Shown: positions 48,280 to 62,400, counted from the stretch's first letter. The stretch is DNA of 64,000 bases from Lingula anatina (GCA_051362555.1 CM120640.1:17732001-17796000), one strand, 5' to 3'. Translations and numbers: made by a program. Notes: generated by a model from the sequence alone, not told the origin.

Positions 48280-49200
48280 CTCACCTCAGCACCACCAGCC
48301 AACCAGGCCTAGGAATTGAGGATTCTGCTCAAATTTATAAGGTTTTGCACGAGCCAGTTAAATATAACTTGATGAAAAAGCTGATGTAGCAAAAATGGAC
48401 CACCTGCAAACGCATACGTGTTTGGAAAAACCGCTGACGCAAGGCAATTGCAATGAAATAATGGTGTTAGTGATGTTGCACAAGCTGCTGACATCAGCAA
48501 CGCCAAATAGACCGATCAAGTTACAGATATTTGCTTACTCATATTGACCACAATGACGTCAAGGCCTAAGCAGGGAAGCCGGAGAAACATTTACAGGTGT
48601 ATCAATAAATTGTATTATGCCTTTTTTCAAAAAGCAAATTATACTGCGGTTTAATAGATTTTTTAAATAAACCTTTTTTACACTATGAAAAGAAACCACG
48701 CAAGTCCTCAACTTCTGGAAATTTTGTTTACCCATTTACGTCACAAGCTTTCAATTAAAAACACTATGCTACCCAATGCAATGGCACTCTTGTAGAAGAA
48801 GCAAAGCTGGTCATATCTTTACCCTGTTTTCACCATGACAACCCATAATAAAAAAGTCTTTACTTACGCCAGTAAGTGAGTTAGTGAAACGAGGAAGCGA
48901 GCACCTGACCGACAGGAATGCGAAAGAGGTCAATATATACACCTCCAGAGCAACCAATCAGTGTATGTATTCGCTGCGGAGATATAAACCTCAGAAATAA
49001 AAATAAAGATAATCAGTTAAATTGATCATACGTGTGATTATCAGTTTAATAAGATTTACATACTCGTGGTTGATAACGAAAATTTTCAAAGAGTAAAACA
49101 AGTATTACCTCATCTATTTTACCCATTGAAATTTGTGCAATGTGTTTGCTGCACATGTAACTTGCCCTATTTTGAGTTTCTCTTAGATTTCATATTTCAG
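48280..49200. promoter_or_regulatory. Shared (head-to-head) promoter region of MVP and TAF5L
   Basis: The two genes diverge, and both ATG-bearing exons begin just after a splice acceptor, so non-coding first exons should lie here. CRE TGACGTCA at 48554-48561, TTACGTCA at 48736-48743, CCAAT at 48954-48958; locally CpG-richer. Confidence 0.65.
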
Positions 49201-49201
49201 C

Positions 49202-52200
49202 ATGAAACGAGTTAGAAGTGAACAAATTAATAGCTATGTAGGTCATTATTTGAAAAGACGACAATTTAAGGTAGGTATGTCATTTTGGAGTAAATAACAG
49301 AGTGGAAAAGAATCATTATTGGCACAAATGATCGGCATTTCAGAAGTTATGAACTGTATATTGCCTAGGCTGTAGAGAAAGTACATAGAAAATGATTCAA
49401 AGTTATACTTCTATATATATATTTCGTATGCTTGAGTATTCTGAAAAACTACTGCTTTTTCCCAAGTTGTACCGTGAAAACCAGAAAAGTACCTGATATT
49501 GATATTTCCTTCTGAAATGTTAAGAAGACATGGTCTAAATGAAGACTGATTGATCCTGATCCATTAGAACCCAAATGATTTTAAAAATTAGTCTAGAAAA
49601 AGAACTGTTATATTGCTGGGGCAAGTTGAGTGATATTTATTGAACTGAGGACAATTGCTTATTTTTTAAAAGGAAAATTAGTATTGCCACAGAAATCGGT
49701 TACCTTTTATTTCCATTGTTAATAACAGATCTGTACATGCTTCAGTTAAAATTAATCAGTACTGTATAAAAATGGGTAAAGAAATGTAAGATGTAGGTGT
49801 AATATTGTTATGTGCATCAATAGAGACATTTTCTTTTGCCTCCTCTAGAAACCCTGCACCCAACTGAAAATCATAATTAGTAAATTGTCCTTGTCCTTAC
49901 AACTATCACTTTGTGCCATATACTAGTAGGAGTACATGTGCCAGGGGTAGCACTAACACTAGCCAATTTAGGCAAATGCTAAAACTGACTTAGGTTGGCT
50001 AAACAAAAATGGTTGATTTGACTTGTTTTAGTCAAATTTAAACCTTATGGGAAAAAAGGTGATGAAAAAGTAGTGATTTGACTAAAAGAAAAAAATTGCC
50101 AGCACTACCCCATTGTAATGCATATTTATGTGTTGCTTATGATTGGTTTATAGATGTTACATTACCATCTTAACATAAAATTTACAGGGAGACAGTGAAC
50201 ATATAAATAAGAAAGACCTGAAAGTCCAGCAAACTATAGAAGAGATGTCATTGCATGAGGCTTGCAATGCAGCTGTAGGTGTTGACAGTTCTTTCTCATT
50301 TAGCAGCATCACTGGGGATGCTACAGCTTGCGATCAACAGTATGTCAGGTAAGTATTTTTTTGGCTCTGTGTGGCAGTTTATATTAACAGTCATTCCAAA
50401 AACATATGTTTTTCATTGACCTGCGTACAAAGACTACCTTTGGCCTCATATTTATTGAATAATGTTGATCAATATTGATAACTTCAGTATGATGCTCTGA
50501 CTTCAACTGTGCCTGATGGACATGCACTAGTATTCAGAACCCATTTGTCATCCATAGCAGTGCATTAACATTTTTTTCACTATGATCTGTCTATTGGCAG
50601 GTGAAATACTAAGCCATACCCATTACCATAACATGTCCATTTATAACAGTTTTTTTGATACAGCATTTACTGGCCAGTTAATTATTAGATGCAGTGTGAT
50701 GCAGTAGGATAATAAAATTATTTTCTAAGTCAAAGGAATTTTTCACATGCTCTTTGAAGTTTCATGTTTGATCCAATATTGAAAAATTGAATGCAAACAA
50801 CTATGGATGCTTCAGCTATGGATGAAGATATCCAGTTTGATAATACACAAAGTTAACAAATATTTATTAAGGATCTATATGATTATTCTTAATCTCAGAG
50901 TAACAAAAGTAACAGATTGCATGTTATATTGGATAATAATGTATCTAAAAATCTTTAATTCTCTTTCAGATTTCGCACATTTATTCAGGACTCAGTGGAG
51001 CCATACAGGACAGACCTGTTGTTACTTCTGTATCCAGTTTTTGTGCATGTTTACCTCGAGTTAATCTGCAATGGTCACAAAACTCCAGGTGAGACATCTC
51101 CTTGATGCTCTTGATACATTGTAATTTTTAATGTCAGTTCTTATTTAATAGCATATTTTGAGGAACCTTCACCTGTAATTAATACTGACTGAAAGGGATA
51201 AGTATAATCTAAACAACATCAGTTTTTATTTTTGTATATATTTTACATCATTATAATATTAATATTTGAGTGCATTTATGGTATTTTTTTACGGTAGCTA
51301 AAATAAACTGTAAATAAAAATGTATACCAATGATCTGTTGTTTATAAATTGATATAATTGATATTTTCAGCCCACAAGTTTTACAGTCGGCACCACTCTT
51401 ACTTCCTAGAAAACTCAGAGTACAGAATGATTGTAGAGGCACTGGCACAGTTATTTCACAAAGAAGATGTGTACAGCAATGACTATATTAGAAAATTTAG
51501 GTAAAATAACATCTAATCTTTATTTTAAACTGGGGCAATTTTTACTTCTCTCTAAACAAATTATTAACTAGAAAGATGCAATGGATCACATGCAGACTTT
51601 TATCAGTATGAAAAGCTTTAATGTTTGGAAGATATACATGTACCAGTATGTGCAAGTAACAGTGTGTGGGACTTGCCTTTAACCATAAGTATTAACTTCT
51701 TGAAATATGATATGTAGTATTGCCATTCTCTTCTTACTTAGGGAAGATAAATTCAAAGTGGTCCTGTCAGAAGATGCTTTACAATATCTGTTTCGATACC
51801 TCAAGGTAATGATAGGTATATTTTATCAAGGTTTAACGTGTCATTTTTTGATTTATTATTACTTAAATAATGATACTTAAAATGTGGTCAAATGGTTGCT
51901 TAAGTTGAGGTGTTTACATTTCTAGGACCATTTTTAATAGTAAATGATGTAAAACTCTTTTTGTAACATCTTGGTGTAATGACAATGTTAATTACAATGT
52001 TACATTTTACTTCAGAACGAGGACAACATGATTATGTTGCAGATATTCAACCACCATATCCACATTAAAGGTATGTATTGAAAGTATGCTTTGGATATTA
52101 GTAGCTGGAGATTCAAAGTAAATAAGTTGTTATATCTGTTGGCAATTTACTATACTCATTTAAGAATAACTGATATCTAAAACTTGAACAATTGATGTGT

Positions 52201-54508
52201 GGTTAGTAACGGAATATGCCTACAATTTTTGTGTGAATTTTTTAAAAATTGAGTTTATTTAATTGAAACGACTCACTTTAAATGAATATGCATTTGTAAA
52301 TATGTTCTTCACAAATATAAGCTAGTAAGTTATCATTGAGACATTGGGATGTACATGTACTTGGACTAGAGACAACATGAACAGGGACACAACTATTTCC
52401 TGTTGCACTCATTCAGAAAACTGTGATTTTCAACCCATCATTAACTATGATCAAGGATCAACATAAATATTGAAAATTCAGCAAGATATTACAGCAGTTG
52501 GTTTGCAAAATTTCATTAGTGAGAGACAACGTACCCGTGTACTTAGTCATACTAAAAGTGTATGAATTTTGAAACAAATTATGAGAAAAGCCTTCGGTTG
52601 CATTCAGTTATGTTTCTCATTAACAGCAAAGTATGGATTTCTGTGACACTAATTCCCTTAAAAGTACTTAATGAGTGGTTTCCATACACCTGCCTCTTGC
52701 AGATTTAAAGGAACTTGTAATTGCCATTGCATTTTTCACTCAGTAATAGTGTAATTATTGTTAATTAATAGCTATTAGCTATATAGGTATTGAATGGAAA
52801 AGTAGGTGTGCCAGGTACTGTAATTGTGCTCAGTGCAGATCTTCCTAGCTTATGAAATTAACTGAAAGTGAAATTGCTTTATGCTTATTTTACTTCCAGT
52901 GAAGATGCCCACAGATGTGGAGTTAGACCTTCAGGACTTTGTAAACTTCCATGACCTTGTTCTTCCTTCTGCTCCTGACACCCCACAAAACAAAGTGATC
53001 AGGAATGAAGTGTCCCTCAGCTCTCTACAACAAAGTATACAGAAAGTGCGGGATGGGGCACCATGTCTGACTTCCATCTTATTTTATACATTTCTCAATA
53101 CACATCAAGGGTATGAGAAATGTGTTGGTCACCTTTTTACAATTTTGTGATAGGCAATGAGTATGGTTATAAACATTGCTACATAATCTTGTACAGAAGA
53201 AAATTAATGTAAAAAGAAAATGAAAGAAAGATCTTATGTAATTCCATCATCTCCTGGAAATTGGGAGAATCTATAAATCTTCACTAAAACTTGTCACAAT
53301 ACTCATACATGCAACATATTTATAATTTAGCTTAAAAAAGTGAACATTGAACAATTTCTTTTCTCCCCTCTTTAAGAATCAATTTTGATCTTAAGTTAAT
53401 CAGTTAGAATTAAAATGAAACATTTTTATTTTTAATAATTAGATTGTGTTGCACAAGTATTTCACCAAATGAGGCACTCATCTGTGGAGGCTTTGAGGAA
53501 AATTCAATCAAAATCTGGAGTTTAACACCATCAAAATTGCACCCTAAAAAGGCAGTAGTCAGGACAGACAGAATCACAATGGTTGGAGATTATTTGGAGG
53601 ATGTAGAGGAAAAAGAGTGGTAAGAGGATATGTTTTACAAGTAGCATTATAGGTATTTGAGGAACCTTAAATTTGTCATCTATTAAAATATTTTGAGACT
53701 AAGTGTTTCCAGATTTTGTAAAAAATCATCCTTATTGAAAAGTGCTTTTTTTTTAGTTCCAGAACGAGACCAAATGAAGTTATCACAATGAGGGCACATA
53801 GTGGTTCTGTTTATGGAACTGCATTTACTGCTGATTCCAAGTACCTGCTGTCTTGTTCAGAGGATAAATCAGGTGAGCTGCAAGATAAGTCACTGGCAGG
53901 TCTAGTCTCTCGAAGTCAGTTTGGATGCCCTACCATTTATTTCACATTCTGAAATTATCTTTCAAGAACATATTGACCATGTTTCTTTTTTTTCTTAAAG
54001 ACCCCTGAAGGCATCTGAATGTTCTTTGTCTGTAGCATGTTAAGTTTATTAATGCTTTTTGTTTTGTTATTTTTTCAGTACGGCTATGGGATCTTGACAC
54101 TTACAATAATGTTGCACTATACAGAGGACACAGCTATGCAGTTTGGGATATAGATACAAGGTTAGCTTTTTAGATGGTTTCTACCAAACAGAGTTACTTA
54201 GTAGTTTTATTTATTTTTAAGTAGATTATTTTAAATAGCAGCCTTAGCTTTAAAAAGATCAAGTGAGCAAGGGTTACAAAAAATGTAATAAAATGATTTA
54301 CATTTGGTCCTCAGCAGTTTTCTGGTATTTTTGACTTCAAAGCTCAAAGATGTTTTAAAGACCACATGAGTGAACATTTGATTGCATTCCTTGCATTTTT
54401 GCTTTGTTGTCTTTTGGTAGTATTTCCTTACTTAAAAAGGCTGTAATATACTTTGTCTACCAGTATCTGGGTACATTGTGTGGGAAGATTTAAAAGTTCA
54501 CATCCAGT

Positions 54509-54543
<35 letters not shown>

Positions 54544-57038
54544 TTTGCTAAAAATTTGGATTTTTTGTGAATGAACTTAGTGGGCTTTTTATAGCAGGCT
54601 TTGAATAGCCAACACTAGGTTTACCCAGCTAGAAATTTTGGGATATTTGTGAAAAGATTTGTGGTCCTTTTTTCAGCCCCTCAGGCAGCTTCTTTGCCAG
54701 CTGTTCACATGACAGGACAGTAAAGTTGTGGGCAGTTGACAGAACCTATCCTCTCAGAACATTTGTAGGGCACACAATGGATGTGGATGTAAGTGATATT
54801 GACTAAAAAAGTTTTATCTATCACAGAAAAAGCATTTTTGTGTAGAAGAGATCAGGTGGAGACATGATCAGCAGAAAGTGTGACGTGCATTGAGTGGGCA
54901 CCTCATTCACCAGACTTGAACTCCCCAGATTTTTATCTGTGGGGGTATCTCAGGGGTAAAGTAATAGCATAACAGAACAACCCTTAAATAATTGGTGAAC
55001 TGAAGACAACAATCACAGCGAAAATCAGGGAAATTCCTAAAGAGGAATGTGTTCGAGTGTATGACTATTTTGCACTACACATGCAAGTATGCCTATAGCT
55101 AGCATGCCCTGGAGGCCATTTGGAGCATGTTTAAAAAGCACATAACTTTTATGGAAATCTACCAAGTTAACTGAAACTTATGAGAATAATCATACACATA
55201 CTAAAGTTTGAGTTCAGCAAATTTCTTGAAATATGATGGGCCTTGATAAAATTTTTACGGGTTCTCTTTCTCTCTCTCTCTGTTTTTTTTTTTTTTTTTT
55301 TTTTGGGGGGGGGGGGGGGGTTGCAGGCACCCTATACAGTAATAGCCTAGGTTTCAAATCTGATGCAGACCATTCTTCACTTTCAAAAAAATTTCACATG
55401 GAGATTGATTACAAGTGGAGACACATTGGACCTAAGCCTGGGCATTTACATATACAGTGTTACTTTGATCAATATTGTTGGATTTTTCAAATATTAAAGT
55501 ACTGTAGATTATGTATGTCACCTTTTCAGTGTGTGAAATTCCACCCTAACTGTAACTATGTAGCCACAGGATCTGGGGACAAGTCTGTAAGGTTGTGGAG
55601 TGTGCAAGAGGGCAAATGTGTCCGCCTGATGCAGGGCCACAGGGGCAGTATATACTCTCTGGCCTTCTCTCCTGATGGACAGATGCTAGCCTCAGCTGGT
55701 AGGTTCATATCACATTGGCAATTTTTTTGGGATTTTTTTTCAGATTAACTTTAATCCTGAATTAGTATAATTGACATCACAAGACAAGCATTTAGTGTAA
55801 TATAGTATAATACATTCTAAGGTGCGATAGATGGTTAAGTTTGCCTGGTTCTGAATATGGCCTTAACAAAGCTTGCATCAAACTTTTAATGTTTGGATTT
55901 AACTTGCTCAAGGACTTTCATTGATTTTATGCTCTCTCCAGTTGTGTTTCCAATCTGTGACATTTTTCTCAGTCTAACACAATTGCCTGGTTATGCCTGT
56001 TACTTAAGATGCCGCAAATTACTTGGTACTTAATAAGATCATTGGAATAGTCTTAACATTGTGATATATTCAATTTCAGGGAAAATGTGCGTCTGGGTTC
56101 TGGCTCTTGCATAAAAATGTAATTTTGTCACTGAAGTTATGTGAACTTTCAAGATAAGATCATGTTTTTTCAGGCTTTTTTTAAGCTTTTCACATTGTGA
56201 GAGTTGACACATAATGCTATTACACTTTACTTTCTGAAAATTCAGGAGAAGATAGACGTATTAGAGTGTGGGACTTAGGCACAGGTTCTATAATAAAAGA
56301 GCTAAGGGGCCACACAGACATTGTTCACAGTTTGTGTTTTAACAGAGAAAGCAGTATGTTAGCATCAGGTATGTTTATTTTCAGTTGAAGTGCATTTCTA
56401 TTGGAGTACCAGTAGAAGTACGTAGTGAGTTGAGTAAAATTTCAGAAACATTTAAGATCAAAAGTAAAAATTACTTGATGTCGAATCATTAGGTGTTCAT
56501 ACTGCCATGATACAGACTTCCCAAAGTCATGGGCAATTTATATAATTTTATACAATGTTTTACAATTACCAGGTGGTTTAGATTGTATGGTGAGAGTATG
56601 GGACGTAAGAAAAGCAGCCAATTTAAATGCAAGTGTGTAAGTATTTAATATTTTTAGCACCAGAGAATGAGAAATAAAATCAAGTGTTGAATATTTGGTC
56701 AATGATAGCCATTACACCTATTTCATTTTCAACCAGATTCCAATTCATAGAAATATCAACTTCACTAGAAATCACATGAGAAGAAACAGATGATAAAGTA
56801 ATGTAAATAATGCTCTATTACAATTATTTTTTGCATCAAGGTTTAATATGTACAGTTAATTCACTGTGTATGTCGAGTTTGAGTGAAGAATGTAATGTAT
56901 ACACTTGTTTTTCTATTCAGGTCTGAGGGCCACATATCACCAGAACAGCTGGGGTCTTTTTCCACCAAATCTGCAGCAATTTACTACTTACGTTATGGCC
57001 AGCACAGTGTGCTGCTTGGATCTGGGGCTATACAGTGA
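49202..57038 (+). CDS. TAF5L: TAF5-like SAGA/PCAF subunit (WD40), 589 aa. Exons: 49202-49270, 50188-50348, 50970-51088, 51371-51500, 51742-51805, 52016-52070, 52900-53110, 53443-53619, 53757-53872, 54079-54160, 54677-54788, 55530-55698, 56246-56368, 56573-56636, 56921-57038
   Basis: N-terminus [22 protein letters not shown] is TAF5L-type. NTD2 '[14 protein letters not shown]'; WD40 repeats such as [23 protein letters not shown]. Fifteen exons joined by GT-AG introns total 1770 nt in frame. Confidence 0.95.
49942..50115. mobile_element. Degenerate MITE in a TAF5L intron
   Basis: Imperfect inverted ends CAGGGGTAGCACT ... AGCACTACCCCATTG. Confidence 0.5.
54858..55335 (+). mobile_element. Tc1/mariner-superfamily transposase relic (3' part) in a TAF5L intron
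   Basis: Disrupted translation [24 protein letters not shown]...[14 protein letters not shown]...GGHLEHV* matches the WPxxSPDLxPxDF.LWG motif and the GGHxEH ending. It has stops and frameshifts and ends ...CACCCTATA. Confidence 0.85.
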
Positions 57039-57248
57039 GCTGCCACTATGATATTTGAAGATACATAACGAGATAGAAAGCACCAAGATCCAAAGCCATC
57101 TCGCCAAAATACCTTATTTTTATTTAAAAACATGATGACATTTTGTCTGGAATATTGGGTAATATGTGGTTAGCATTTGGGTAGGGTGAGGAATTAAACC
57201 TCTCCCCCCCCCCCCCCCCCCCCCACTCCACCCCCTTGGACAGGAGCC

Positions 57249-57290
57249 CCACCATGAAGGCAGTGATGTTCCACAGAAGGGCCATGAGAG

Positions 57291-57349
<59 letters not shown>

Positions 57350-57404
57350 GGATAGTGACTCACCATGAAGGCAGTGATGTTCCACAGAAGGCCTGTGAGA
57401 GATT
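57249..57404 (+). repeat. ~45-bp direct repeat pair flanking a (TA)n microsatellite downstream of the TAF5L stop
   Basis: CACCATGAAGGCAGTGATGTTCCACAGAAGG occurs at ~57250 and ~57361, with (TA)n at about 57295-57347 between them. Confidence 0.85.
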
Positions 57405-58368
57405 ATGTTATACGAGGATACCGACTCTTAGGCAGGAGAAAGCCCTTTAAGATGAGAAATGATAAAAATATTTCCTCAAAGAATGGAGTATTCACAGAGA
57501 CAGGAACCAATGTTAGCATGCTTTTTTACTCACGACTGAGAAATGATGAGTGTTACATAAATAAAATGAAAAGGATTATTTTTTCACCAGCTCGAGTTTT
57601 TCCTATATATTTTCTAGGTTTATTAAATTATTTTCAGTGCCTCAGAAATTTAGCTGAAAAAATATAACACTAGTCTTATATGTAGTTCATTTTCACTTGG
57701 GAATTAATTCCATCAATTAACTAACCCTTGCATTTCCATAGGAACCATAAGTACCTTAAAAACCAATTCTCTCATGTGTAAATATAATGCCATAGTAACT
57801 GAATCATAAGAGTGAAATGCCATTAAAGCTACATGTATCAGCTTCAGATAATGAATTTTTGCTTTGTTCTGGTAACTGTTGCTGCTTGTATCAGCTAGTC
57901 TGCATGTACCAGCATACAACATAATGATGAAAAATTAATGTTTGACTTTTTTCAATTAGAACAGAAATAACATAAATGTATTTTTAATCTTTCACATTTG
58001 AATCATACAAACATCACGATAAATATTGTGAACACAGACAAAAATAGGTGGCGCTAGTTGTTTTTTTTTTTTTTTTTTAACTGCCATAAAACGTGTCCAC
58101 AGAGTATCAGATTTCTACCCAATTTTACATTGCATGCTGCCAGGCAACTACTGCTTTGGGAACTGAACCTGTGTAAAAACATCACTAAGAACAGCTGGTA
58201 CTACCACATGAAAAATGTTTTGATGATCTAGGAAATGTTGAAAGTGAAAATTTTTAGCAAAACTTTTGAAATGAATTTTTAGAAAGTCTGCAAAGCAGGG
58301 GGCAAGACCAAATTAATGTCATGTATTAGAAAAAGGACTTAAGTTTTTTTCACCATGATCATGCTCAG

Positions 58369-58502
58369 CATGGGTGCAAGCTTTCAGGATTATGCCCGAT
58401 TTCAGGATTTTCATTTTTAACATTATTTTCCCATGGTCTTAATGTGATGAGAAATTGCAAATTACCTTTTCATGATTTTCAGTTTTTACAATTTCACCCA
58501 TG
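58369..58502. mobile_element. Degenerate MITE
   Basis: Inverted ends CATGGGTGCAA ... TTTCACCCATG with internal TTTCAGGATT repeats; no clear TSD. Confidence 0.45.
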
Positions 58503-59279
58503 AGCATGTCAGATTTTTGGGAGAAATTTGGGAAAAATTTTGTTACCTCCTCCTCCTCCTTCGCCCTCTTCATCCCTATTTAGGCAATATTAAAAAAAAG
58601 TAAAGCTCTACTGCATGGCTTTTGACAGATAAATTGTATTAATTTGTATTTCCCATATCGCTTGCACCTGTGGCCCGATATTCTAACACTTTGCCTAATT
58701 CACTACTCTTCTTGGGTAAACCATTAAATCCCAATTAAAAATGTGTCTTTATGCCTAGCTCCTTTACCCATTATAATGTGACAAGTTTCAAGTTTCTCTG
58801 GCATTATCTAAGATAATCAAGTTGGGCATCTTTGGACTCCTTTGTCAAAGAGGCGTATGAATAAAAAAAAAAATAATTAATTTTTATTTCAAGCGTAGCT
58901 TAATTCGAATAAAAAAATCGTTTGGGACCCTACTACTACCGTAGTAGTCCTATAATCACAAAACATTTCGATCTAAAAATTCTCCCCTCTGCTTACAACT
59001 TTCACGAAATATTTTGTAAAAAAATTTAACCAATATACTTTTAAACAAACTATTATTTATATCATTACTGACAATTTTCGTTGAAGTGATTTCACGAAAC
59101 GCGTAATTGAATATTTACATGAATCATTTTAATACCAAATCTAGATCTAACGTTACTACAATATATAAACGCAAATACTAGAATAATTACGCCGGCCTTG
59201 GCATGCATGAACTTCAGTTTTGCCCATTGCCCCTTCTGGCAACTCGTCATTTTAATAGATACAGTTAGAAATTAATTTA

Positions 59280-59438
59280 ACGGCGTCTCTCCTAGCACAA
59301 CCACCACACTTGGTCGGTAGCTGTAAGTGCCTTCCAGCCGAGGTTAAAGGTCAAGCTGAATTATGATGGCGGAATGCAGATGAGGGACAAAAACAAAGAC
59401 GGTCGCGGTAAGCTGGGTTTTATACCTTGATTATACAG
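59280..59438 (+). other. Probable first (5' UTR) exon of an unidentified downstream gene
   Basis: CpG-enriched patch ending in a consensus donor CAG|GTAAGT at 59438/59439. It holds only short ORFs, and no recognisable coding exon follows within the window. The start coordinate is approximate. Confidence 0.45.
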
Positions 59439-62400
59439 GTAAGTTCACTAATTGCATCATGTCCTTGTTTTTAATATATACCCAAAATATTCTAGATAAA
59501 AACGAGCATGTTTATACATCTTTTTCGAAATCGGGATTCACCTTCGTCACTGCATATCTACGACGGCGAAAACCTCGGGCGGTGAACGAACAGTTAAAAG
59601 AGCAATTAATAGTGGGAAAGGTCCTGTGGACTGCTGATAGCTTGCCTTTTAATACGGTAAGGTCGCCCCTCGATCATTCAGTCGATTGTCTTATGGGTTG
59701 TGAGATTTTATGGGCGGTATGGCCTAGGAGTTAAACCCCCTTTCAATCAGAAATCGAACGCAAATACTTGTGCGAGATTTTAAGTGGCAATATATGAAAC
59801 GTATTCCCCGAAAATGGAGAAGTGTAATGCTTCAGAGTGAAGATATCCATGCGGGTAGGTGCCATCGTCATTGGACGTATTTCATGATTGGGATCATCGA
59901 ATTTTTGTTCTATTCATTGGGTTTCTAATCCAGATTTACGAGACAAATCCTTTGGTGCTGTAAGGGCACACTTCAACGTATTGTGGACTATGTTTGCTGT
60001 AAATATTTGTCTATACGGTCGTATAAACACTGGGAAAATGAACTTGTTTGCCTTTGGCAGATGATCTCAAATATCATTCTTTCAGAGTCTTTCAGTACAG
60101 TTGCTACTGTGTGAGAATTGTGGTGGGACTCTCTGCCCTTTGTACTGAGACGGGGAAGTTTTTTATTTTCATCCTTTTAAAGGGGATGGGAGACACACTT
60201 GGTTGGCTGTTATATATAGATCTGCACCTAACGTTCTAAAAATTGGTTGGTGTTAAATTTCTTACTGACTACACAATGTGCGATGAAGATTAAGTTTTTG
60301 TTAAGATTTTTAGCTGTAACATTACGCTGCACCAATAGATATCCATATTCACATTGCTCATGTTTATCCATATTCCTGTGGAAAAATAAATCCTTTAATG
60401 TGAATTAACAGATTGAAAATAAGGTATTGGCTTTTATATTAAAATCATGTTCGATATATATAGCACAAGACGTACGTGGATTTTTAAAGATTGAAATTGT
60501 GGCAAAAGTACTAAGCCTTAGTTAGTTCTTGTTATTGAATTTAAAAACATAATCGTTCTCATGTAGTTTACGATTTTGCCTCCCACACAGGTGACAGGGC
60601 ATCACTAGCTCTTATTTAATCATGACAGTGCAAGTTAATATTTTGCTCTCACATTAGTCACAAGACAAGAAGCACATTTGCTTTACACATTCTGTCTGGG
60701 CAAATTAAGTATGGAAGTTATTTGTCTCCTGATGCGGCAATAGATAGTTATTATACACTATCAGCCAATAGTTGATACCTTGGAGACAAAATTCAGTGAT
60801 CCTGTTTAGAAGTTCAAACATTCCCATGCAATCCAGCAACTTATTTGTAATTTTTTTTAGCAAAAACAAATATTAAGTGTGGTTTTCCTTTCGTCCCTGT
60901 GTAAATTTACCAGATAATGGAAGATTGCTGTAGCTTCTAAATCTCTACCACTGGAGAACAATACCTTCAAGTTTACCTGGATAAGGTTTGAATAGAATTG
61001 TATTATGTCTCATGGATATGTTGCACAAAGGTTGACATTTTTAACGTTCAATGAACCTTTTATCTTCTCATATCAGTAACCAGACCAGTAGAAGACATAA
61101 TTTTGTTATCAATTGTTTGCCAAAGTCATTATTATGTTTATACGAAATGATGCAGTCCCTGTATGTCAAGGTAAAAAATTTCTAAAAAAAAAAAAACGTC
61201 TTTAAAAAATGTGTATCCAGATGTTTTCTTCCCACATCTAGCTCAATATTATTACTAATCGATCCTCACTTGTTTTTAATATCATCATAATAAGGAGAAT
61301 GTGTGATAGACAGAGATGTGGGGTTGTAATTTGTATTTAATCTCCTAGGTGCCTGGATGTAACCTGTTGCTATTTTATCACCTGCCCAATTGCTATATAT
61401 CAAGCAGAATACCTGTTCTGTTCATATTACAATGTAGACCTTGTTGTTTATTTGCCTTTTTCTCAAGGTGTATTCTTTAAATCCACTCAATGTAGGTGGT
61501 CTGCTGAAAAGGTAGCGGTGAATAAAAATGTGGTAGTTCAAATTGATGATGAAATTGCTCCTGTATCGTTGTTATGCCCTGAATAATGGCAAGGACATTT
61601 TTTTAACATGAAGGGAAATACATTGAAAAAATGGGCCAGAGTAGAAACTTTATGCTACTGTTTGTAGAACTGGGTATGAGGTCACAAAAGAATTTAGCCC
61701 GACTAAAAATTTGGTCTAATTTTGTTCATGGTAAAGCCTTACTAGTACTTAGCCCGCTTATTAATAAGGTATTGGTCTGAAACATTGACAATTGTCTTTC
61801 TTGTTACATAACATGCACAGTGATTCATTTAATTAGACTTCTACTAATACTGATTTATATTTGGTCAAAGTAGACGGTGGGTGAGTGGCCTAGTTTGATT
61901 AGTGTACTCTCACATTGTGGTCAATCATCATCAGAATGTAGACATAATATCAGTTGCATGGCTTCTTAGAGGCAGAGATCAAAGCCATTTGGTAATACTT
62001 TAGCCAGAGTATCCAAAACCACACTACAAGGGTACTTTGCTGAAAATGTGCTGCTAAAGTAGTGAAAAAACAACAGCCAATATAACTTTCAGTACTCTCA
62101 TTATGGGGTTTGAACAAAAGTACTACTATTCTGAGTGTTTTCCCATGGACATGGTCAGTGTGGGTTGTCCAGGGTCAAAATAAAACCAAGCAGCTTTTAA
62201 CAATAATGAGCACCAGAGCACTTTGCTGCACTTTACTACAGCTAAAGTAGCTCATCTTAATATTTGGGTAAAGCATGTTCTCATTGTTAAAAGTATTTCC
62301 ATAGTAAGGGTTATTGTTGAAGAGTGTCTGAGAAGTTGATAACTTCAGTCAAGGGGCCTAATGTATGTATAGAAAACCACTATAGATTATGCAACTTGTA

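Noticed and set aside
58044-58058. AGGTGGCGCTA, a partial CTCF motif between TAF5L and the next gene
   Set aside because: The 5' half (CCAS) is missing, so it is too weak to call.
61875-61935. tRNA/SINE-like box A (GTGGCCTAGTTTGATTAG)
   Set aside because: No box B or cloverleaf; at most a heavily decayed SINE head.
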